Translations under genes and position numbers: made by a program
Notes under the pieces: model-generated
What the model was told of the DNA's origin: nothing
Databases searched by the model: none
What the model saw: only the letters and a program-made list of their open reading frames with translations
Origin: an uncultured delta proteobacterium
GTDB taxonomy: Bacteria > Myxococcota_A > Polyangia > Fen-1088
NCBI GenBank assembly: GCA_963737265.1
Contig: CAVTRY010000021.1
Location: 292,600-356,599 of the forward strand
Direction: 5' to 3'
DNA length: 64,000 nucleotides
Shown: positions 41,916 to 51,689 of the stretch, in pieces
How positions within the stretch are numbered: the stretch's first letter is position 1
Layout: each line of letters begins with the position of its first letter

Positions 41916-44900
41916 CTTCCAAGGCGTGCACCCCGGTTTCGTGGTCCCAGGGCCTGCGCCTGGTGGGCGATCCCGTGGACGTGGTCACCGGCGCGCAGAC
42001 CTTCTTCGAAACCGACTTTCGCCTGCAAGGCGAGCACATCCCCATCTCGTGGACCCGCCACTACGACAACCGTCGCAACCAGATCGATCGCGGCGCCGGA
42101 CACGGTTTCCGCCTCTCCTTTGACGTCGAGCTCCGCTTCGACCTCGACGGCATCACCTTCGTCAATGGCCAGGGCGACAACGTCGAATTCCCCTTCCTGT
42201 CCGAAGACGGCGAGCGGCTTGTGCGCGATGGCCACGAAATCGTACGCGTTGGTCTTCACCACTACTGCGTGTCCCCGCCGGGGGACGCGCCCTGCTGGGA
42301 CTTTCGCTTCGAGCGAGAAACCACCGCCCGACCAAGCTCGCTGTTCTACGAAGACGATCGGCGTCCCGCGGTGCGCTTGCATTACGAAAAGGGCCTCCTG
42401 TCCACCATGCAGGTCGACGCCAGCAAACGCGTGGCCTTCGAGTACGCGGGCTCGCACGTCACCGGTGCCGTACTTCTGGAAGCCGGCAACCAGACCAAGC
42501 AGCGTCTGGTGCGCTACCAGTACGACTCGCAGGGTCGCCTGACTGGCGTCGAGGACGCCTATGGCGGCACGCTTCGCTACGAATACGACAAAGACAATCG
42601 CTTGGTCCGTTCGACCGACCGGCGCGGCTACAGCTTCCTGTTCGCCTACGACGCCGAGGGCCGCTGCATCCACACCCGTGGCGAAGACGGCGTCGAGGAC
42701 TACCGGTTCGAGTACAAACCCCTCGAGCGTCTGACCGTGGTCACCCGCGGCGACGGCGCCGTCACGAGCTACTACTACGACGATCAGGGCGGTCTGGTGC
42801 AAGTCATCGACCCCTGCGGCGGCGTGACCGCTTACTTGAAGGACGACGAAGGCCGGGTCGTCGCCGAGGTGGATCCGAACGGTAACGAGAGCGAGATCCT
42901 ATACGACGACGGCGGCCAGCCCTACGCCAAGCGGGATCCGCTGGGGCACGTGCGCGCGACGCCCGCCGACCCGACGCCGCATCCCCTCTCGCACCGCCTG
43001 CCAGAGAATCCGCTGCAGTGGGAGCAGGGCGACTGGCCGGGCGAGCCGCGGGATCTTCCTTCAGACATCACCCTGGAGAACTGGATGCCGCGGTGGCTGG
43101 TGGCCGCCTGGGGCAACAACCCCAGCCCGCTGCCGCCCAAGCCCAACCTGATCAAGAACGAGCAGGGTCTGCCGGTGCGCGAGGAGCGCGCCGACGGCAA
43201 AACTCGGCGGTGGGCGTTCGACCCCAACGGCAACTTCCGCTGGCAAACGGATTTCGACGGCCGCACCCGCAAGTACGAATACGGGTCGTGGAACCACCTG
43301 CTGCGCGAGATCGATCCCCAGGGCAGCGTCACCGAATACGCCTACAGCATCAGCGAGGAGGTCACCGCCATCACCGACCCCGGCGGCACACGCAGCGAAT
43401 ACGGCTACGACCCCAAGGATCGCCTGATCGAAGTGCGCCGGCACGGTCGCGTGCGCGAAAACTACAAATACGACGCCGCAGACAACTTGATCGAGAAGCG
43501 CGACAGTCAGGGTCGGCCGCTGCTGACCTTCGCCATTGCCCCCGGCAACTTGATGAAGCAGCGGATCCTGGCGTCAGGTGACGTGCAGGATTTCGAGTAC
43601 ACCGAGGAAGGACGCCTGGCGAAGGCGAAGAACCGGGCTGGAACGGCCACTTTTGAATACGATGTTGGCGGCCGCCGAATTGCAGACGAGCGGGACCGCA
43701 AAGGCGTACACCACCGATTCGTGGCTGACCGGCTGGCCCAGAGCACAGTGCTGGGCAAGTTCACGACCAAGTACATCTCGGTCGATGCGACGACGACCAT
43801 CGTGCTGGATCCGGGCGGTCAGACTCAGCGCCTGCGCTTGGCCGGGCCAGGCCTGGTCGAGCGGGCCGCCTCGAACGACACGCAAGAGCTGACCCACTAC
43901 GACCGCGACGGCCGCTGCCTGCTGAAAGCGGCGGACGGGTCAGGCCTGGGCACCGCAAAAGATGGATGGGCGCGAAAATTTGTCTACTCAGGCGAAGGCG
44001 ACCTTCTGCGCCGCGACGACAACCTGCGCGGAACAACAGCCTACGAGCACGACGAGGCTCACCGCTTGGCTGCCGTACGTCTGCCCGACGGCAGTCAACA
44101 GCGCTATACCTACGATCGCGCAGGCAACCTGGTTCAAGCCCCAGGCTTGGCCGCGCGCATTCAGCGAGGCAATCGCCTGCTGGAGGTCAACGGCGACCAA
44201 TGCTCCTACGACGACCGCGACCACCTGAGCCGGCGCGAAGGGCCGGGCGGGAGGACGACGTACTCCTACGACTCGCGCGACCTCCTGATTGGCATCGAAG
44301 GCCCGGGGCTGAGCTACCAAGCCCAGCACGATGGTCTTGGCCGACGAACGAAGAAGACCGTCAACGCCCAAACCTGGCACTACTACTGGGATACCGACCG
44401 CCTAGCCGCCGAAGTGTTTCCCGACGGCCGGTTGCGCGTCTACGTCTATCCCGATGCATTCGCCCTGGTGCCGATGCTGTTTCTGGATTACGACAGTGTC
44501 GATGCCGATCCAGCCAGCGGCAAACGCTACCACCTCTATACCGACCACCTCGGCTGTCCCGAGCTGGTGCTGGACGATGCTGGCAAGACGGTCTGGCGTG
44601 CTCGCATCGATCCGTACGGCACCGCGCACGTCGACATCGGCGCAGACTTTCACCAGCCCCTGCGCTGGCCCGGCCACTATTGCGACGCCGAGACCGGCCT
44701 GCACGACAACCGCTTCCGGACCTACAGCCCCGAGCTGGGAAGGTACTTGCAATGCGACCCCAGTGGCACAGAGGGTGCGCTCAACCTCTACGCGTACACC
44801 GACAATCCGCTACGGGCGGTGGACCTACGAGGGCTCGCGGCAACCTGTCCGGACGGCGTCAAGGATTGCCCACATCGCAAAGAAGGCGGGGAGGACAAGG

Positions 44901-45505
44901 AATCGGTTTCCGATCGAATGCTCAAAGACTTCGATCAGGAAGCCCGAGATGCCGCAAACAAGTCTCCGACCCTTCAGAAGAAACTGGAGCACCTCGACCA
45001 GCATGGGTGGGAGGTTCGACGAGGTCAATCTGGCAAGGGCTCGTACTGTGACAGAGACGGGAGGGTGATCGTAGTCGATCCCAACAACAGCGGTGCTCAA
45101 GCAACCGGTACAATCGCTCATGAAGTGGGCCATGCGATGCATGCGGAGGAACCACCGGTGCCGCCGACTGGTCGCACTAAGAAAGAATACGTTGACGCCA
45201 ACGTTGACCGACATATGAGAGACGAAGGTGATGCCCAGTTCAATGCCGCAAGAGTCAGGGACGAAGTAGGCTCGGCCGGCGGGACAGACACACGCATCCC
45301 CGGACAACACGAGGATGGGTACCAAAAGATCTATGATGACCACAAAGCTGGCAAGATTTCAGAGGACCAGGCGAAAGGGCAGATGGGAGACCTCATGGGA
45401 CAAGAGAAGACCTCCACTACAGGCGAGTCCTATAGGGATTACTATGGAAAACACTATTCAGATTCCTACGACCAGGCGAATGCTGGCAGCGGTGGGGAAA
45501 GCTGA
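41912..45505 (+). CDS. Rhs toxin with C-terminal HExxH metallopeptidase-like domain
   Basis: GDPVDVVTG N-terminal motif; YD repeats; PLRWPGHY...GLHDNRFRTYSPELGRYLQCDP...NPLRAVDLRGL core end; C-terminal AHEVGHA...DEGDAQ. Confidence 0.92.
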   Translation: MTSKACTPVSWSQGLRLVGDPVDVVTGAQTFFETDFRLQGEHIPISWTRHYDNRRNQIDRGAGHGFRLSFDVELRFDLDGITFVNGQGDNVEFPFLSEDGERLVRDGHEIVRVGLHHYCVSPPGDAPCWDFRFERETTARPSSLFYEDDRRPAVRLHYEKGLLSTMQVDASKRVAFEYAGSHVTGAVLLEAGNQTKQRLVRYQYDSQGRLTGVEDAYGGTLRYEYDKDNRLVRSTDRRGYSFLFAYDAEGRCIHTRGEDGVEDYRFEYKPLERLTVVTRGDGAVTSYYYDDQGGLVQVIDPCGGVTAYLKDDEGRVVAEVDPNGNESEILYDDGGQPYAKRDPLGHVRATPADPTPHPLSHRLPENPLQWEQGDWPGEPRDLPSDITLENWMPRWLVAAWGNNPSPLPPKPNLIKNEQGLPVREERADGKTRRWAFDPNGNFRWQTDFDGRTRKYEYGSWNHLLREIDPQGSVTEYAYSISEEVTAITDPGGTRSEYGYDPKDRLIEVRRHGRVRENYKYDAADNLIEKRDSQGRPLLTFAIAPGNLMKQRILASGDVQDFEYTEEGRLAKAKNRAGTATFEYDVGGRRIADERDRKGVHHRFVADRLAQSTVLGKFTTKYISVDATTTIVLDPGGQTQRLRLAGPGLVERAASNDTQELTHYDRDGRCLLKAADGSGLGTAKDGWARKFVYSGEGDLLRRDDNLRGTTAYEHDEAHRLAAVRLPDGSQQRYTYDRAGNLVQAPGLAARIQRGNRLLEVNGDQCSYDDRDHLSRREGPGGRTTYSYDSRDLLIGIEGPGLSYQAQHDGLGRRTKKTVNAQTWHYYWDTDRLAAEVFPDGRLRVYVYPDAFALVPMLFLDYDSVDADPASGKRYHLYTDHLGCPELVLDDAGKTVWRARIDPYGTAHVDIGADFHQPLRWPGHYCDAETGLHDNRFRTYSPELGRYLQCDPSGTEGALNLYAYTDNPLRAVDLRGLAATCPDGVKDCPHRKEGGEDKESVSDRMLKDFDQEARDAANKSPTLQKKLEHLDQHGWEVRRGQSGKGSYCDRDGRVIVVDPNNSGAQATGTIAHEVGHAMHAEEPPVPPTGRTKKEYVDANVDRHMRDEGDAQFNAARVRDEVGSAGGTDTRIPGQHEDGYQKIYDDHKAGKISEDQAKGQMGDLMGQEKTSTTGESYRDYYGKHYSDSYDQANAGSGGES

Positions 45506-45544
45506 GCCGTGCAGACTCGATCTATTTGAGACAGGAGCGCTTCG

Positions 45545-45949
45545 ATGAAACACATAGAAGATCTCATTGATAGCGTTGTTGGCCTCCCGAAAGTCACACC
45601 GCAAGATCTGAACCCGATTACTGGATGCGATATATCTCTGAAGGAAACTCGCGGAAACTGGGAATTCTATAAGGGAACAGGCAAAGGGTTCATTGTCGCG
45701 GCGGACTTGAGACTGTCCGTTCCGCGCGGTCGGTGGCTCTTGTCTCTTGCAGTAAATCCGCCTAGGGCTCCAGCGGAGAAGGATGTGGACATGAAACGAT
45801 ACGGGGCGCGAGTCTCGATGGATGTCAACCCGGATGTTTTCCCAGAGGGGATCCACAGTTATCGCTATACTCATAGGGAACTGTTCATCGCTTTCCGATT
45901 CACTCACAAGACTTGTCGTTTGGTCGATGTAGTCATACGGAAAGATTAA
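45545..45949 (+). CDS. Putative cognate immunity protein
   Basis: Directly after the Rhs toxin domain; AGGAG RBS; lower GC. Confidence 0.7.
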   Translation: MKHIEDLIDSVVGLPKVTPQDLNPITGCDISLKETRGNWEFYKGTGKGFIVAADLRLSVPRGRWLLSLAVNPPRAPAEKDVDMKRYGARVSMDVNPDVFPEGIHSYRYTHRELFIAFRFTHKTCRLVDVVIRKD

Positions 45950-46031
45950 GACGTAGTGGTGGTGTGAAGTTCTAGCCTAGGCTCACCCGCGAAACGCCGA
46001 CGCCGTTGTCTTCACGTCAGAGGAGTAATCA

Positions 46032-46400
46032 ATGGCCGGATGTTTTGAGCAAATTAACAATCGGATGGACTTTTCCCGTGAGGTTGACCGCGCCCGAATC
46101 CTCTGTGCCGATTTCCTAAAGCGCAAGAACAAGAGTCCGACTCTCCTGTCTGTTGACATGCAATTGAAGTTCATCCAGGACGGACTGAAGGCGAAACGAT
46201 CCTTCTCTCGAAAGGAGAGAAAGGGCATCGACATTGGATTGCGAATGCACCGCGAATATGAAGAAATTCGCGACGACGTGGACTTCTACGAGTTCAAGGA
46301 ACTCATATTGCTGATCGATCTCTATATGGATTATAGGCCCAACGATGCGTTGGCTTCCGATCCTGACAATGACGACAAGTTCGATTGGGACGACGTCTAG
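46032..46400 (+). CDS. Tsi6-like orphan immunity protein
   Basis: GAGGAG RBS; LLSVDMQLKFI...IDIGLRMHREYE resembles the Tsi6 pattern as recalled (LLSxxxQLxYI...IGxxAxKEFD). Confidence 0.6.
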   Translation: MAGCFEQINNRMDFSREVDRARILCADFLKRKNKSPTLLSVDMQLKFIQDGLKAKRSFSRKERKGIDIGLRMHREYEEIRDDVDFYEFKELILLIDLYMDYRPNDALASDPDNDDKFDWDDV

Positions 46401-46420
46401 GGAGATAGTCCCGTGACACT

Positions 46421-47403
46421 CTTCAGTGACGGTGGCTCCGAAATTCCGTAGCGGCGGTGGCCCGAAAATCGGAGATGGGGCGTTGGCTGGGCGAGCAGCG
46501 TGCATGGTGGCGTGACTTCCGCGGTGTGAAGCCTACGGGGACGGCTGGCTGACGGGACCACGGCGCCGGCCTGGTCAGGAAATTCGCGGCAGCGGTGGAG
46601 GTGGCGTAAGCAGGGGGCTGCGGCTCCCGAAGGAGGAGGGGCACGGGTCACAACACCCGGGCCCCTCGTGTCGGTACGTTGGGACGCGTCGACGACCGAG
46701 TCGTCGCAGGTTCCGAGGCAGATGTCCAGTTTTTGGGCGCCGCAGGACGGGACGCGCGATTGGACTCGATTCGGATAGCGATAGGTAGCCTGCCCGGCTG
46801 TGGGCAGGTGTTTTTCGTCTGCTCTCGCTGCGACCACGGCAATCGCTACTGCACGGCCACCTGCAGCCGACTGGCCCTGCTCGCATCGTGGCGTAAGGCC
46901 AGCCGCCTTCGGCAATCGACCCGTGGGGGCCGGCGTGCACATGCCAGGCGGCAGCGCGTGTGCCGACAGAAAGTGACTCATAGGTCTCACCAAGAATTTG
47001 CGTTGCCGGTACAGATCCCCTTGTCGCTGGATTCAGGCGGCAAGGAGGAATGCGATGGAAGAGCGAATCCTGGTGGCAATCCACCCGGGGCGGGGATCGA
47101 CACGAGTCCTGGTGACCGGGGATGCGGGCGAGACGATACTGAAGGCCCGGCTGGAGCGAACGCCCTGGCACGCACGTGCATTGCCAACGCTATTAGAAGC
47201 GCTGGCGCTGTGGCAGAAGCAGAAGGTCCACGGTGTAGTTTTTGCGGGATCAGGGGGCAGTCCATACGGGTCGAGTCTGTGTGCCACACTCGACGCCGAG
47301 CACGAGCGGACGCCCCTTTACACGGTCGACGTGGTCGAGGCCCGCCGGCCACCGCGCCAGGCGGACCAGCTTCGGGGTATGGGTGATTACCGAGATCTCC
47401 GCC
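46421..47403 (+). mobile_element. Truncated left part of the IS21-like element (near-identical to 57116-58098), cut by IS66
   Basis: Direct identity to the copy at 57116 (offset 10695); one substitution seen, 46784 G vs 57479 T. Confidence 0.92.
46760..47386 (+). CDS. IS21-associated Zn-finger ORF (copy 1; first Cys mutated to Gly)
   Basis: GSLPGCGQVFFVCSRCDHGNRYC...C; identical to copy 2 apart from C>G. Confidence 0.55.
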   Translation: MDSIRIAIGSLPGCGQVFFVCSRCDHGNRYCTATCSRLALLASWRKASRLRQSTRGGRRAHARRQRVCRQKVTHRSHQEFALPVQIPLSLDSGGKEECDGRANPGGNPPGAGIDTSPGDRGCGRDDTEGPAGANALARTCIANAIRSAGAVAEAEGPRCSFCGIRGQSIRVESVCHTRRRARADAPLHGRRGRGPPATAPGGPASGYG

Positions 47404-48747
47404 GTAAACCCCTTACAGGCAGGGTGATTGCGGAGGTCCCCCGCATGAGGGAGATTGGCGTGGATGGCAACGAGCCGGCGAAAACGCGCAGAGCCTGGAC
47501 CTCCCGACAGGGACGCCCGCCCGTGCGCGAGTCTATTTGGGGCGCTGCTATCGGGCTTGGTTCGCAGCCCAGCTGGCGGGGGTGAGCTCGGACATTCGCG
47601 ACAGGGCGTGGCCGCGCTCAAGCTTGTCGATGGTGTCCTGGAGGTAGCGCCTGGGATCGATGCCGAGGATGAGGCAGTTGTCGACCAGGGTGTAGGCCGC
47701 CGCGAGGCGTTCACCGCCGCGCACGGAGCCGGTGAAGAGGAAATTGCGGCGACCGACGGCGTAGTTGCGGATGCGTCGCTCGGTTCGGCCGTTGTCGATC
47801 TCGAATGCGCCGTCGCTGAAACAGCGGCGGAAGAAGATCCGCTGGTTGATGGCGTAGGTTGTGGCCCGGCGCAAAGGGGACTTGGGCAAGAGGGTGGGAT
47901 GCGTGCTGTCCACCCAGGCGTCCAGCTGATCCAGGATGGGCAGGGAGCGCACGCGGCGGATCTCGCCCCGGGCCTTGGCATCGACACCTCCGGCCTTGCA
48001 CTCAGCCTCGATGAGGTAGAGGTCAGCAAAGAATTTGAGCGGGATGCCGGCACGTCTGTCTTTGGCCAACAATGCGGCGTGGAACTTGGATCGAATGTGC
48101 ATACCGCACCCGAGGCGGCGGTCGTCGGGGACGGCAATCGAAGTTTCCCCGTCGTCGTCTTCGACCTCGGACGAGTACCCGGCGTAGCCGTCACATTGGA
48201 TCCAATTGTCAATGGAGGAAAACCAATCGGTGATTTCCTCGGCATTCCAACTGGAAGTGTACCCGTAGGCAACCGTTTCGCGGCCACCCACAATGCCGTC
48301 GGTACCGACAAAGCACCAAAGATGGCCGCGAAAGACGCCGTTCTTGGCCGTCCGGTCGAGCGTCTTGAGGTGGGAGTCATCGGCGCCGACGGTGTGGGAC
48401 GCGAAGACGTTGCCGGTGACGGAAAGGGCCACCGGGGAAAGGATATCGGTGCTGTAGGCCCAGTACGATGCCATGGTCTTGTCGGGCATGTGCAAGCCCA
48501 TGCGGTCGAATTCTCGTCTTTGGCGGTCGATAGGAAAACCGAGCGCACATTTGTCGGCCAGGAGCTTGGCGAGAAAGGACGAGCCGACCTTTCGAATCAC
48601 GGCGGGAGCCTCCGTGCGCGGGGCAATGCTCACGTCTTTGCGGCAAGGCAGGCAAGTCATTTTCTCGCGCTGCTCAATGTGCAGAACGACCTTGGCCGGT
48701 ACGAACTCAATGCGCTGATGCTCGATGGTTTCGAAGACGGTTTTGGC

Positions 48748-50238
48748 CGCCCATCACGCTTTCGGGTGAGCTTCCGTCGAGGGTCAGTGGCAGCATGAGA
48801 AATACAGGATCTGCATGAGGTTGTCGGGGTTGCGGTAGCCGTGGCCACGCTGGCTGATGCCGCGAACACGTGAATTGTTGCCTTCGAGGGCTGCGTTGGA
48901 AAGACCGTGCTTGGCCCAGGCAATAACGCCCGACCAATGGCGCTTAATCATGTTCCAGAATCGCTTCAACGAGCCAAGTCGTTGCCAGCGTAATAGGCGA
49001 CGCCAGTGGTCGAGTGCTGCAGCCATACCGACCTCAGTGTGATAGCCCCATACGACGTCGAACTGCTCCTTGAGCAGGTACGCTACCTGGAGACGTCGGT
49101 TGAGGCGGAATAGCTCGTCAAGCTCGCGACGGCGACGCCAGTGAAGACGACGACGCTTCTTGAGCAGGAGGAACTTCTTGCCTCGGATGGCCTCGCGATA
49201 CAGGCCACCCTTGCGCCAAAATTCCGCCTTGCGGACCTGGTCGACGGCGTCGGTGAGGTGGTGCTCGATGTGGAATCGGTCGAAGACGAGGTCAGCCTGT
49301 GGGGCATGTTCGCAGATGGCGTTGATGTAGCCTTGGGCCATGTCCAGCGTGACTGCCACCAGCCGATGCGACCGGCGCGGTCCCAGCTTCACGAAAAACT
49401 GCTTGAGTGTTTCCTCCTGCTTGCCCTCGCCGATCCAAACCACGTGTCCGGCCTCGTGGTCCCAGACGATGGTCAGATACTTGTTCTGGCCTCGGCCGTA
49501 GCTGACCTCGTCGACGCCGATGATGCGAAGCTTGCGATGGAAGCGGCGCTCGACCGCATCCTCGACCCAGTGGGTGATGAGGCGCATGACGGTAGTCCAG
49601 TGCAGCCCGAGTTGGCGGCACACGCCGGCAATGGAAGTCGTGCGGGCACGCCGCAGGACCTCCGCCTCGAACATGTGAGTCATGCGCGAGCCGGTGCGCG
49701 CCCACGGGACCTGTTCGACCCGGATCCCACAGCGGCGACAGCGCACGCGCCGCAGAGGCGCGATGACGACCGTGCGGATGCCCCAACCGTCGAGATGACG
49801 CCAGGCCCGGGCGCAATTCTTGATATCCAGCGCGCAGCGCTTGGTCTCTCCACAGCCGGAGCACACAGCCGACTGCCTGGTCGGATACAGGTGTACATGC
49901 CAGGAGCCATCGGTACCGCTGTAGCTGTCGAAACTGACACGCCAGCCGTTTGCAATGGCCAGCTGCAATGCCAAAATACCAGGGACGGACGTTCGTTGGG
50001 AGTTCCTCGTGATTTGCATAAACCCGAAGGATCACCGACGGACGTCCACTTTTCATTTCGCGCACCGTCGCGCGCGGCGACGAGATCCTCGTCGTCGCAT
50101 AGCAGCACCTGAGCCGCCAGCGAGGAGGCCGTCACCCGTAGGGCCGGAGCGAAGCGGAGGAGGCGCGAAGCGCCTTGACGGCCCCCGGAGCGGCGGCTAC
50201 GCCGTTGCCTTCGCAATCACCCGAACGCGCGATGAACC
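48748..50238 (-). mobile_element. ISL3-family insertion sequence (1491 bp)
   Basis: 8-bp target duplication GTTTTGGC at 48740-48747 and 50239-50246; imperfect ~22-bp IR ggttcatcgcgcgttcgggtga / cgcccatcacgctttcgggtga. Confidence 0.9.
48784..50019 (-). CDS. ISL3-family transposase
   Basis: CSGCG, RRVRCRRCG, IGVDEVSY, TLDMAQGY, VFDRFHI, SNAALEGNNS. Confidence 0.93.
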   Translation of the reverse strand: MQITRNSQRTSVPGILALQLAIANGWRVSFDSYSGTDGSWHVHLYPTRQSAVCSGCGETKRCALDIKNCARAWRHLDGWGIRTVVIAPLRRVRCRRCGIRVEQVPWARTGSRMTHMFEAEVLRRARTTSIAGVCRQLGLHWTTVMRLITHWVEDAVERRFHRKLRIIGVDEVSYGRGQNKYLTIVWDHEAGHVVWIGEGKQEETLKQFFVKLGPRRSHRLVAVTLDMAQGYINAICEHAPQADLVFDRFHIEHHLTDAVDQVRKAEFWRKGGLYREAIRGKKFLLLKKRRRLHWRRRRELDELFRLNRRLQVAYLLKEQFDVVWGYHTEVGMAAALDHWRRLLRWQRLGSLKRFWNMIKRHWSGVIAWAKHGLSNAALEGNNSRVRGISQRGHGYRNPDNLMQILYFSCCH

Positions 50239-50861
50239 GTTTTGGCGCCACCGCAGAGTGCGCAGCTCCGCTCCTCCTCGGGCACAGACACCTTGGTGAT
50301 AATCTTCTCCACCTTGTCGTCGACCACAGTCGCGCCGCCGACCTTGCGCTTCCGCCGCTTCTTGCCGGCGCCATTCGGTGCGGCGACCTCGCCGTCGACG
50401 TTCAGCACGTCTGCCGGCGCGGCGGGAACCGGCACAAGCGGGCCATCCGCCGGTATCGGGGCAGCGGCATCACCGCCGAGCGCAAGATAGAGCTGCTTGA
50501 GTTCGTCTGGCGCCAGCTTTTCAGTGTTCCGACCGAAGCGGTAGCGCAAGGCACGCAAAAGCCGCCATGACATGCGCTCATTTTCCTGCTCCAGAGCCAA
50601 GACGATGCCCATCATCTTGTCGATGGCATTGGCAATATTGCCCTGCGCGGCCATAGCGCCAAGCTCGGCCTTGAGCGCCTCCATTCTTTGTTGACGTTCT
50701 ATTTCGATGTCAGCGTCGAGTTCAATCCCGGCGCAGAGCAGGTCCCGTGGAACCGGCAATGCGCCATCCACGATGAAGGTCTTCTCTTTACGTTTGGGCT
50801 GCGATTGCGACAAGGCGACAATTGAAATCGCAAATCGCCGCTCATTATGCAATTGAATTCA

Positions 50862-51251
50862 TCACGTCGTTGCAGATTTCTCCGATATTGTTGATTGTGG
50901 CTCCCACTTGAACCGTTTGCGCCGTTTGACTGTGCCCAAATCGATTCCCTCAAGCATCAGCCCCAACTCCGCAGCATCAATTTCCACATGGCTCTTGTTG
51001 CCTTCGTCATTGCGGACCATGCGAAACGTCCCTGCTTCGAGGCGTTTTCGCATCACCACAAATCCCGTGCGATCCCAGAATAGAATCTGCGCCATGTCAC
51101 CTCGTCGGTTGAGGAAGAAGAACATGTGCCCTGTCATTGGATCCCCGCCCAGGCTGTCACGCACCACAGCCGCCAAGCCGTCGAAACTCTTGCGGGCGTC
51201 CACAGGCTCGACAGCAGCGAAAATCCGAACACTCGGAGGCAGTGTCAACAT
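50862..51251 (-). CDS. tnpB: IS66 accessory protein TnpB
   Basis: PVDARKSFDGL, FFFLNRRGD, LFWDRTGF, KRLEAGTF. Confidence 0.93.
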   Translation of the reverse strand: MLTLPPSVRIFAAVEPVDARKSFDGLAAVVRDSLGGDPMTGHMFFFLNRRGDMAQILFWDRTGFVVMRKRLEAGTFRMVRNDEGNKSHVEIDAAELGLMLEGIDLGTVKRRKRFKWEPQSTISEKSATT

Positions 51252-51631
51252 GGATGCCCACCCTCGACGGCGTTGACCAGGTCGGACACTCGCGTGAAAT
51301 CCGTATCGGGCCTGACGTGCATGCGCAGCCGACGGCCGTTCGCCAAGTCGATCTCGACCATGACAGTGGCGTTGGAGGACGGCGTTCTCGCTGCGTGCAG
51401 GACGCTCACCGGCAGAAACGCGGGCACCGCACTCTTGCTCCGTGACTCCCCGTCGTTCCGCAGAACCCGCTTCCAGAATTTGAGCGTGCTGAGCACGAGG
51501 CCCTTCTTTGCGGCGTACTCCTTGGGGCTCAGGCCGCTGTCACGAAGGCTCCGAACTTCCTTGAGCCACGCTGATCGTGGCCGACGCTCTCGCTTCGCCA
51601 ATGGCGCTGCCAAACTTCTGTTCTTCTCCAT
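51245..51631 (-). CDS. tnpA: IS66 accessory protein TnpA
   Basis: SGLSPKEYA...STLKFWK helix-turn-helix, FLPV, VEIDLANG. Confidence 0.85.
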   Translation of the reverse strand: MEKNRSLAAPLAKRERRPRSAWLKEVRSLRDSGLSPKEYAAKKGLVLSTLKFWKRVLRNDGESRSKSAVPAFLPVSVLHAARTPSSNATVMVEIDLANGRRLRMHVRPDTDFTRVSDLVNAVEGGHPC

Positions 51632-51689
51632 GCGTCCAGCATGCCCGAAATCCAGCCGCGCGCATCGCCCCTGCCTGTAAGGGGTTTAC

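Larger units (their letters stand above)
47548..50684 (-). pseudogene. tnpC: IS66 transposase TnpC interrupted by ISL3 (start approximate)
   Basis: RFGRNTEK...CALCGGAKT|VFETIEHQRIEFVP rejoins across the ISL3; QCDGYAGY, CGMHIRSKF, IDNGRTERRIR, GRRNFLF. Confidence 0.9.
47404..51689 (-). mobile_element. IS66-family element (tnpA-tnpB-tnpC), carrying an ISL3 in tnpC; no target duplication
   Basis: Perfect 21-bp terminal inverted repeats GTAAACCCCTTACAGGCAGGG; flanks tctccgcc and ggcccggg differ. Confidence 0.93.

Noticed and set aside
45981-46028. Possible toxin C-terminal remnant (AHPRNADAVVFTSEE*) before the Tsi6-like gene
   Set aside because: Too short to assign; cannot be distinguished from random sequence without a search
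50862-51251. IS66 TnpB as an RNA-guided TnpB nuclease
   Set aside because: Name coincidence only: this 129-aa IS66 accessory protein lacks RuvC motifs and is unrelated to IS200/IS605 TnpB
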